A stretch of DNA of 64,000 bases from Octopus sinensis. Taxonomy: Eukaryota. Location of the stretch: contig NC_042999.1 of NCBI RefSeq assembly GCF_006345805.1, forward strand, positions 125,302,001 through 125,366,000, given 5' to 3'. How positions within the stretch are numbered: position 1 is the first letter of the stretch; each line of letters starts with the position of its first letter. Shown here in pieces: positions 54,440-64,000 of the stretch. A program made the position numbers and the translations under genes. Below the pieces are notes generated by a model, which searched no databases, was not told where the DNA came from, and saw nothing but the letters and a program-made list of their open reading frames with translations.

Positions 54440-54709
54440 ATGGGTATCCTCAATGGTGGTGCTTGCACGCACGAGGTGATTATACACCAACAACATTTTG
54501 TTGATCCTCATGATCAAGACGTCCACACACAAAATGTGGGAAATATGTGGATGCGGATGAAACGGAAATTGAGACGACAGTTTGGGACGTCGGACGAATT
54601 GTTTGTTTCATATCTGCATGAGTTTCTCTGGCGTAATTCCACTGAGAAAAAGAAGACATTTGTTCACTTTCTAGCGACGATCACCAGTCTCCATATATAT
54701 GCTGTATAA
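54440..54709 (+). mobile_element. Merlin/IS1595(ISXO2)-like transposase C-terminal fragment
   Basis: HEVIIHQQHFVDP...HTQNVGNMW...K...GTS...SYLHEFLWR matches H.VNH..FVDP..HT..IE..W...YL.EF.WR. Confidence 0.82.
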
Positions 54710-55201
54710 AAGTGTGCTGCTTCTTTTACTACATATCTTCCCTTAATTTTATTTACTTTTTTATATAACTAAAATGACAATGTAATAAACGTATTCATAT
54801 AACATTAACATTAAATCTCAAGTAATGTCGAGATTTTTCTAAGATGATCTTTTAATTTATGACAGAGGAAAAGAAGAAAAAGTGGGTGTAAGACATCAGC
54901 ATATATTTCAGTTATGAAATACCCAACTATATTAGCAAAAGAAAGTTGCGTAGCAACTTGCATAGCATACCTTGTAAAGGATTGTAACATAAATTGTTAA
55001 GCCATTACGATCGTGGCGTGGACAACTGCTGTATTTTTTTTTTTTTTTTACTGTTATGCCGTTGCCAATATATATCATTTTTTTCAGTTGCTGAGTTGCT
55101 GTTTTCAAAATGCTATAAACTTCGTTAATGCAAATATCAATGAAAACACCATATTTGAAAGGAATAAATCCATTCCTATGACACATTATTACTTCAATAG
55201 T

Positions 55202-55511
55202 GGAGGCGCAATGGCCCAGTGGTTAGGGCAGCGGACTCGCGGTCATAGGATCGCGGTTTCGATTCCCAGACCGGGCGTTGTGAGTGTTTATTGAACGAAA
55301 ACACCTAAAATGCTCCACGAGGCTCCAGCAGGGGATGGTGGTGATCCCTGCTGTACTTCAAAGGGCCGGCCTTGTCACTCTCTGTGTCACGCTGAATATC
55401 CCCGAGAACTACGTTAAGAGTTCTCGTGTCTGTGGAGTGCTCAGCCACGAGCAGGCTGTTCCGTTGATTCGGATCAACCGGAACCCTCGTCGTCGTAACC
55501 GACGGAGTGCT
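55202..55511 (+). mobile_element. Family-C tRNA-derived SINE
   Basis: A-box TGGCCCAGTGG, B-box GGTTTCGATTCC and 13-bp TSD tattacttcaata (55187-55199 / 55516-55528). Confidence 0.9.
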
Positions 55512-55944
55512 TCCATATTACTTCAATATGTGATGTTATTCAAAGAGAAATGTTGATATTCAAAGGAAAGGAAAGAACACAACTTCATCGCGAAGATAAC
55601 ACAAACTGTTTTAGCCAAAACAAACGTTTATTACAACTTTAGTTAATGAGAAATTCGGTAAATAAAGGAAATTATTAAATATATACGTGTATTATCAAGC
55701 TAATACTGTGCTTTTGGACTAATAACATTGATTGTAACATTTACAGCTGAGATTTCAACTAAATACGGTAAAATATTTATCCCTGTCACTTAACTGTTTC
55801 TGCCACTCCAACACTACATCATCATCACCAACGACAAAAGACATTTCCTAAATTTTTTATTTGAAAAAATTAGTAGATATGAAGATATCTAGTATCTGAC
55901 AATTCCAGAACTTTGGCTTTTGTCAGCGTGGTAATCATGGGGTA

Positions 55945-56430
55945 AATTATGTGGAAAAAACAAGCAGTAACGAACTCAATGTGCTATGTCGTGAAGGAAA
56001 GATGAGATTGACGTTTCGGACAATTTGTCTTTTGTCAAGATAAGTAGAGGTATAGGAAAACAACTTGCTGGAAAAAATGTACGTATATTATCCATCAATT
56101 ATGGCAAACGATGCCGGAACGGAAGTGAGTTAGAGTATGTGGTTTCCGGCGGAGGAGAATGATGAGCAGTGAGTGAATCTTAACCCAATGCTGAAAAAAT
56201 TAAAATGACAAACCATATGTATGAGTGGGAGGACATGGGAAACATTGGAAGTATGCGAGCGGATGAATGATGGGTAACCACAAACCGATGTGAGCTCGGT
56301 AATATGACAGTATGTGTGATTGGTGATGGGAGAGTGTAATTAGTTTATAGAGGCATCAGGTAGAGGAAGTACTAAAGTTGATTCAATTGATTAAAAAAAT
56401 TTCATGGCCGCGGTTCAAGTAACAGTATAA
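55945..56430 (-). mobile_element. Decayed Penelope-like 3' end with hammerhead-variant motif
   Basis: Minus strand CTTGACAAAAGACA-AAT-TGTCC-GAAACGTC at 56010-56039, plus a weak L..P..N-like GIY-YIG C-terminus near 56345-56400. Confidence 0.4.
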
Positions 56431-56449
56431 AAATATATTCTGCGTATGT

Positions 56450-56695
56450 GAAGACGCGTGGCTTAGTGGTTAGGGGTATTAAGCTGGCGTTCGTAAGGTG
56501 GTGATTTGGATTCTCAGCGGCGTGTTGTGTCCTTGAGCAAGACACTTGATTTCACGTTGCTTCAGTTCACTCAGCTGGCAAAAACGAGTAGTACTTATAT
56601 TTCAGAGGACCAGGCTTGCCACATTCTGTGTTTGTGGTGTGCTCCCCCATTTCACGAGCAAGCTGTTTCGTTGATCGGATCAACTGGAAACCTAC
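56450..56695 (+). mobile_element. tRNA-derived SINE with CORE-like domain and family-C tail
   Basis: GTGGCTTAGTGGTTAGGG, GTGTCCTTGAGCAAGACACTT and TTCGTTGATCGGATCAACTGGAA. Confidence 0.75.
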
Positions 56696-57112
56696 GAATA
56701 ACTATAAAAAAAGACTGATTGGTAAACGTGAAATAAGGAATATATAAAAAATAAATTTTTCTTCATTTGAATATTATTTTAGTTCAATGAATGTATTGTA
56801 TCTTAACGTAGGGGAAACTAAAGGAAGAGTTGGTTTATTTTTATAGTTAAAATTTCTCTGAAGATATGTGTTAGAACAGAAACACATTAATGCTGAATTC
56901 TGAAGTATAATCGCTTTGAAGACGGTGATGCCAAGTGTGAATAGATGAGGATGTTATGAAGGAGATTCATCGGAGGCGAGATTAATGTATGTACGAATGG
57001 AATAGATCCGATCCGAAGTTAGCAGTGATAAAAAACAGGAAAATACAGTTTGACATTTAAGATTTAATTAATGTCTAATTGAGTAGAATAAGAGAATGTA
57101 TGTATGTGCGTG

Positions 57113-57181
<69 letters not shown>

Positions 57182-57321
57182 CACATATACGCGCGCGCGC
57201 GCACACACTCAACTCGGTCCGAAAGGTCAAGAAAGCCTCCCAAATTATACAAACTTGAAAGTCTGTATACTCAACCAATAAATAATATTTTGGACAATGC
57301 AAACCACCACTAGTTTCTTTG

Positions 57322-57520
57322 AGAGCCTTTACGTGGTTGCTTGGTCAGCTAGAAATAGCAGCCAAATTTCTTTAAATCACACCTAGCTGTCTCAAATTAA
57401 GAAGGGTCGCACTGGACAATGTACTCCAAAATACTTATGAACAGTCGGAATGATCATGACTGGGATTTCTTTGGTCATAACTTTGTTCGATCAGGTCCGA
57501 CTTGGGGTTAAACAACAATA
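57322..57520 (+). repeat. Family-D interspersed repeat (CTAGAAATAGCAGCCAAAT family)
   Basis: Related copies at 1-140, 1690-1770(-), 29290-29390(-), 29615-29700, 35015-35100, 46355-46450 and 53245-53400. Confidence 0.65.
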
Positions 57521-58249
57521 ACGGTTGACCTCCGGGACAGGATTTCTAGGTCAAAGCGAAAACTAAAATTGAAACTTGTTAATAACGTCTTTAACACCAA
57601 TGACATTCCAAATGAAAGTTTGCTGCAAAGGAGAGCTAAAATATTCTCGCTATCGCAGCTGCAAATAAACAATTGAAGCTTTGTTTCATATGCAACGTGT
57701 AGTGATGATGATGATGGTGACGATGATGATGATGATGATGATGATGACGATGATGATACAGACCAGGTGGTGTTACATTAACATGAAACGTATGTGCTTG
57801 CTATCTTGGACCTGAGTATTCCGTCACGTAAGTATGTGATCAGGTTTCGTGGTGGGGGTAAAAGACGGTGAGGAGATTTGTTATATGTTTATTTATTGTG
57901 TTTATTTATTTATTTCATTCTGTGTCAGCAACACATCTATTTATTGTTTAGCAGAGAAGGCTAGATCACTATCTCCTTTAACTGTTTATGGCAATTGTAT
58001 TTAATCTGCCCTTGATGTGAAGGTGATTTGATATATTTGTGTCAGGAAAAAGTTAATCACATCCAAATAAATTTATTTCAGCAGTATTGTATTTCAATAT
58101 TGTACAACAAGGGTTTGTGTACATCGCCTTGCTTATAATATGATTGAATGAGACTACAAAGGAGCAGAATGAATTTTTACCAAAATTGTAAACAGCGGCA
58201 AAAAGAAAAATAGGAAAAACACTTCAGAATTCTCTGAAAAATTAATTAT

Positions 58250-58625
58250 TTCTATAATAGGCACAAGAACAAAAATTTTGTGGGGAAGGGTCTAGTCGAT
58301 CACTTCAACTCCAGTGCTCAACTGGTACTTATTTTATCGACCCCAAAAGGATGAAAAACAAAGTCGACCGCAGCGAAATTTGAACTTAGAACGCAGTTCG
58401 ACTGAAGTATGGGCGACTATCAATTAATATTGGTTTCAAATTGTGACACAAGACCAGCAAGTTCGGGGGAAGGGGTAAGTCAATTACATCGACCCCAGTG
58501 CTCAATTGGCACTTATTCTATTGACCCCGAAAGGATGAAAAGGCAAAGTTGATCGCGGTAAAGCCGGAAGAAATGCCACTAAGTATTTATCTAGTGCGAT
58601 AACGATTCTGCCAGTTCGTCGCCTC
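58250..58625 (-). mobile_element. Two tandem antisense family-A SINEs
   Basis: CCAGTGCTCAACTGGTACTTATTTTATCGACCCC-type motif occurs twice. Confidence 0.85.
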
Positions 58626-59145
58626 CATTCTCTAAGAATAATAATTGTAATTCGCCATGAGAATTTCTTACGAAGGCACAAAGCTTCAAGTTTTTACCAT
58701 GAAAATAAGAAAATTTAACATTCGTGACCTTTTCATTGACATTAGTGATACATGTGAAAAAACTGTGGCCATTCCTGAGAACTTTACACAACGATCGCCT
58801 GATAAATAATTCTTGTCTATTAATTTGGCAGCCATTGAAGATTTACATTTTTTCAGCATTGTACTATGGTTTGTTTGTTTTGCTTTCAGGCATTTTTAAG
58901 GTTCGACCAAATTTAAATATTTCATATAGAAGAATGTAAGTGAACGCATGGCTAGGTAAAGATTTTTGCATTTTGTTTAATAAGACTTGCTTTTTATGGG
59001 GTAAAATATAGAATCAGTATGAGAATCGTTATTGCTGAATACTTTAATTCTCAAATATTTAATGAAAGTGTAGCGAGACTCATTTCCATTTTGGCTTATT
59101 GAAGACGATTAGCATCGTAAAGGCTCAGCACATTAATCTGTGATA

Positions 59146-59390
59146 ATTGGTCGTCTTACCACCTATCATGTGAGGTTTGAACATTGGTTGAGCCCTGTGC
59201 TTTGATTGGTTGAGCCCTGTGCTTTGATTGGTTGAGTATTGCGTGGAATATTGATTGAAGATCCAATCATGTTGCGCGTAATATATTCTCAAACTAATAT
59301 GAATGTGCGCTGGAGGGAGCTTACCCTCCTATAAATAGGTCTATCAAATCATCTCTGAGCAGAGTGGGGGCGATTTTCAAGAAGGTAAGT
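59146..59390 (+). promoter_or_regulatory. Putative Pol II promoter (multiple CCAAT boxes + TATA) with short first exon and splice donor
   Basis: ATTGG at 59146, 59183, 59205 and 59227, CCAAT at 59263, TATAAATA at 59330-59337 and AAG|GTAAGT donor at 59385. Confidence 0.5.
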
Positions 59391-59682
59391 CATGTTATCT
59401 CCTACCGTTATTCACCTGAACAAAATTAATATAACGAAGCACATGTAGCCAACGACGACCTGAGCTGAATTATCCAAATGATGGCTGAACTATACAACCA
59501 CCTGAATTCATGATGTGTTTACTTTGTCCCACTGTATTTATTTGAAGGAAGAATAAAGTCTCGCTGTTATTTTTAAAGTTTATTTCTTGTATTATTTCCA
59601 TGAATGAACACGCCACATATATTATATAATGGTATTCAAGATTCCGTAGTAAAACTAAGGGAGACACCGTTAAAAAAGTAAG

Positions 59683-59845
59683 GTGGTGAGTTGGTACAGT
59701 CGTTAGTACTCTGGACAAAATGCTTAGCGACATTTCGTCCGTCTTTACAATCTGGGTTCAAATTATGCGAGTTCGACTTTACTTTTCATCTCCTTTCGGA
59801 GTCCATAAAATAGGTACCAGTTGAGCACTGGAGTCGATGTAATCT
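59683..59845 (+). mobile_element. Family-A SINE
   Basis: GGTGGTGAGTTGGTACAGTCGTTAG...GGGTTCAAATT...GTCGATGTAATC. Confidence 0.8.
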
Positions 59846-60099
59846 TTGGGTGCATCAAGTTTCAGTATGAATAGTTGCAAGCAGAGAGAAGATGAAACCC
59901 ATCTCTCCCCACCCCACCCCACCCCCATTTCAAACTGAAGTTCTCGTTTCTACAGTTCTTCATATAAGTAAAGAGCTGATAAAACCTCTAATTGAACAGG
60001 AGAATAAAAAGGGAGTTACGTAAACGTTGATTGATGAGGAGATAAGCTAAAATATCGTAGAAACTGTAATCGTAGTCAATGAGCAGCTAGTGCGCAGCT

Positions 60100-61900
60100 T
60101 TCAATAGAATTTTGCAGATTTCTTAGCCAGTTTGACACTAAAGACGTTCTCAAGCAATTTTGGTTATACCAGTTTCAATAAGTGACAGGAAGTCAATGTC
60201 GGGGGGCGCTATGGCCCAACATAGCTGGTGCGTTTTCATCTCTCAGTCACCTTACTATGCAGTAACTTTATGTATTCTATTTCTCATCATGATTTGGTAG
60301 TTTCTCATGGGAAGGCTTTGATCATGTGCTGCAATCCATCGACCTCAGCTTTCAGTATTGCAATTTTCACCCAGTGCCGCAGATTTTTACTGCGTACTGC
60401 TACCCTACTCAGCTTTATCACATATTGGCAATGCAGACGATTTTCCTGACATCGTTTTACATAACATTCTACAGTCCTTCTATTGTTATTTCTTCTTTTT
60501 CGTCGCAACTATCTGTTATTTCAGCTTGTTTTGGATTTGTAGGCTTCCTTGCAGACAGAAAACGGTTTTTGCTTGTTTGGTTCGTGTTTTGTAGCTGTTT
60601 ATTTTATTTTTACATTATTCTTTACTAGATTTTTTGTAGTCCTATAACGGCTATTAAATAAATAGTTTACTAGTTGCATAAAAACCTTACCCTACATGGT
60701 AAAAATATTTTTTTGTGAGTTAGATTTTACTCCTTTCTTTTGCATGACGTGGTGTTGTAATTATTAAGGTAATGCATCTATAACACACCATCCTAACTTT
60801 ATCTTCCATTTGTTTTTTTGCTGTACACTCTATTTCATTGATTATAAGTATTTGCAAGTCTATGTTCGTTGTAATTCTTAGTTACTTTATCTAGCATGAT
60901 GTTAGTATTTTCAATAAACATTCCTCTTTTCATTGTGGCCTTTCTAACCTGTATGCCGTGTCAATTTCTCTTATATTCTATATACTCTTTACAATGGTGT
61001 TTTATCTAAGTCCGGTTCAGCTTAACATGCAAGTTACAAGTTTGAGGTCCAGAAAGTAAAGGAGTTGAGAATATTTTACATCTCATGGAGATGTATTTAA
61101 TTTTTATAAATTCCGTCTTGTATGTATCTGCAAAAATTATTAACCATTTACTCTTGACATCCTTCACGTATCTTCTTATTGCTAGGACTATCTTTCACAT
61201 AATTGATGTCTCCAGATTCACGTGAGTGAAACATGGTCAAAAGTCTTCTGGTAATCAATCCATGTTATATTCAAACATTTCTTTTTCTTCTTCGGTCTTC
61301 AGTTATAGCCTTGTTGATCAGTAACCGATCTTTAACACCATGAAGGCTTTGCAGCATCTTCGGAAAGCATCTCCAACCATCAGCTCCTTGCAGCATATTT
61401 TGCTCTTCTTGAAACATTTGTTATATTTTGTCTTGTTTTGTTTTCGCGTATCTATTTACTTTCTACGATATATTTGCTTTGTATGTCATAGGATTTGTTG
61501 TTTCTTTAATCTGAGAGATTAAATTGGATTTCCTGCCAGTGTGTTTAGTCAAGTGTTTTTTCTGACCCCATCAATATCTCGTTAAACTCCTCTAGCAACT
61601 GATGTCTCTGCTAAATATTTTAATCATTGTTTGGAACTTTATCATGTCTTAGTGCTTTCCAGTAGGGGTTTTTCTTTTCTTTATTTTTTTTCGGTTTTTT
61701 TTTTTTTTGTAGTGCTTCGGTTACTTTTCCGTTGTGAAGGCCTTTCGCGATTGTTCAGATATTATGTACGCTGCTTCAAACAATCTCGACTTCGGTGATT
61801 CTTTCCTTGTTCATTTTCTTCCAAAAAATTCTTCTACTCCCCTTGCTACGGATGCTGCTTTGATTTCTATTTTATTTTTATCGAGTTTTGGATAAAAATC
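60100..61900 (-). mobile_element. Heavily decayed R4/Dong-like non-LTR retrotransposon
   Basis: Minus-strand remnants YWKALRHDKVPN (NWKAPGPD-like) and HWVKIAILKAEVDG (WL...LK.ETEG-like), with many stops and frameshifts. Confidence 0.5.
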
Positions 61901-62003
61901 GTCTTAAGTCGAAATTATACTGTTTCATTCAAATAATTAACCGTTTTGTATACCCACCGATTTATTGCGATTTAGCAATGAATCAAGTGTTCTTTGGTTT
62001 CAG

Positions 62004-62056
<53 letters not shown>

Positions 62057-62069
62057 CTCTCTCTTATAT

Positions 62070-62112
<43 letters not shown>

Positions 62113-62214
62113 TGCCTCCTCCTTCCTTTTTTGTATCATTTTGTTGTTGATTTCACTGACGTTTAACAGATATTTTCTTTTACGTTCTACATTCTTTCCT
62201 GCATATTTATCTTC

Positions 62215-62372
62215 ATGCTTGTTTGAGTTCATATGTCACCGAGATCGACTTTGTCTTTCATCCTTTCGGGGTCTATAAAAATAAGTACCAGTTGATCACT
62301 TGAGTCATTGTAATCGACTAGCCTTCTTCTCTAAATTTCGAGCCTTGGTGCCTGCAAGAGAAAGGATTATTA
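62215..62372 (+). mobile_element. Family-A SINE fragment
   Basis: CCGAGATCGACTTTGTCTTTCATCCTTTCGGGGTC core. Confidence 0.8.
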
Positions 62373-62449
62373 ATTCCCTTTTCATCTCTAAATCTATCCT
62401 CGTTCCATCAGGTGCTCATTCATTGTTTGTCACTTGCGCTTTACTTATG

Positions 62450-63655
62450 ATTATTATTACTTGATTATGAAAACTCAGCTTATTTTGCTGGGTATGGTGG
62501 AAAATGTCAGCTGTCTACAGCCAGCAGACTAAGGTGACACTTGTTCACTGGTCATTCTTTCAAGAACTCTACGAAGAATTCTTACAGTTTCAAGCAATGC
62601 TGATTTTTGTAAGTGTTCTACCTTTACATCTGTACCAATCTTTTTGAGCCATGTTGGTAGTTGAGTGCTAATACTTCCAAGTGCACTAATTACTATTAGT
62701 ATCACGTCTACTCTCCTCATTGACCACAATCTTCGTATTTCCCACTTCAAATTGTCGTAGTTGTTCAGTTTTTCTTCTTTCTCTTTGATCCGGGAGATAT
62801 AAGTGCTTCTGTTTCTATCTTCAGGTCACTCCTCATCCATAGCCACCGGTCTTCAGTATCTGTTCGTATCTCTTGCAAACTGACCGTACATTTTTTCTCC
62901 TTCCATACTGTTTCTTTTTTATGTGTTCTTTTCCTCTTTAAGTTTTTTTCTTTCTTTACACAATTATCAGTTTTAATGACTCCGAACTCCTTCACATATT
63001 CAACAATGGTTCCACGATATTTGTTACATACCACCTTAAGTTGTTTCCCTCTGTTTCGATACAATCCTGGCAACTGGTCGAACCTCTTCCACCGTTTCTT
63101 CTGGACAAGTACAGCCTATCGGTGTCACTGTTAGTGTGGAAGGCTCCGTGCACAGTCAATATTTTTCTTGTCTTCGTATCCATGTTCATCAGTTCTTTCT
63201 TTTGCCATTTTATGGTTCTAGCTCCATACCAAAGTGATGCTATTGCCCATGAATTAACTCCCTGGATTTTATTCCATCCTGTCAATTTTGAGCGCAACAC
63301 CAGTTTTAGTCTTCGGAAATATTCCATCCTCAGTTATTCTTTCATTTCCTTCTCCATGATTTCGTTGAACTCTAGTATGCCAAGGGATTTGTAGCTTTCC
63401 TTGTCAATTTGTTTAATCGGTTCTCTATTACATAATTCTATCCCTGCTAGGGACTGTACCTTGCCCCTTTTCAGGTACATTATACCACACTTCTTGAGTT
63501 CGAATTCCATTCTAATATCAGTACTAAAACAGTGGACCGTGTTCACCAAAGAAATCACTTGTGCCTCATCTTTGCCATCCAGCTTCAACTCATCCATGAA
63601 GAGGATGTGATTGATTGTTTGAGATTTTCCCTTTAACTGATATCCCAGGATACCT
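62450..63655 (-). mobile_element. 5'-truncated, internally deleted R4/Dong-like non-LTR retrotransposon (RT + C-terminus)
   Basis: INHILFMDELKL (HLLYMDDLKL), FELKKC, YKSLGILE, RLYLSRRNGGRG, IVISALG and LQKSALLETVRILRRVL. The 3' end runs into TAA-like repeats. Confidence 0.88.
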
Positions 63656-63659
63656 TCCT

Positions 63660-63790
63660 CATCGTCGTCGTCGTTGTAACCGTCATCATCATCATCATCA
63701 TCATCATCTTCATCTTCATCATCAGTCGACTATACTCCTACTCCAAATTTAAGGCTTTGTGCCTATTTAAGACATCATCATCATCATCAC
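63660..63790. repeat. (CGT)/(CAT)n trinucleotide repeats
   Basis: Directly visible. A similar (GAT)n tract lies at 57703-57757. Confidence 0.9.
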
Positions 63791-64000
63791 AAGAAGAAGA
63801 ATTTTTATTTGATTTTGCAATCGTAGGATGTGCTTTCGCTTCACTCATAAATTGAAACGCGGAAAAAGAAAAAGAATTCAATTTAATTCAATGAAAACTT
63901 GAATGTAATATTTTATTGAATTTTTATTTGAGAGTCATTTTGTATTTCAATTCACACCACCCATGCCATCACCTCCGCAGTTTTGTTTATAAATATATTG

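Noticed and set aside
55202-55277. tRNA-like sequence with A and B boxes
   Set aside because: It continues into a SINE body with TSDs, so it is a SINE head rather than a tRNA gene.

Overview
AT-rich, microsatellite- and SINE-dense animal genomic DNA. The SINE families and repeat load point to an octopus-type cephalopod (inference, no database search was possible). One protein-coding gene is well supported: a two-coding-exon Rab-family small GTPase resembling RabX6 (CDS join 28874..29053,48108..48548, 206 aa, 19-kb phase-0 GT-AG intron). It has an unusual G3 (DTGGME), a broken G4 (NMCG instead of NKxD), a divergent G5 and a Ras/Rho-type polybasic CaaX tail (KKKKCLLL). The rest is repetitive: a ~9.6-kb TA/TATG compound satellite, at least four tRNA-derived SINE families, non-autonomous Helitrons, Tc1/mariner, Merlin, hAT-like and MITE remnants, R4/Dong- and HERO-like LINE relics, and Penelope-like relics carrying minimal hammerhead-ribozyme motifs. 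There are also several long inverted repeats, a 100-N gap with a duplicated flank, and a CCAAT/TATA promoter-like module with a splice donor at ~59.2-59.4 kb. Nearly all other ORFs in the track are microsatellite or SINE translations. I found no convincing multi-gene novel system. The best leads are the atypical GTPase, the intronic hammerhead, the symmetric ~1.47-kb palindrome and the orphan promoter.
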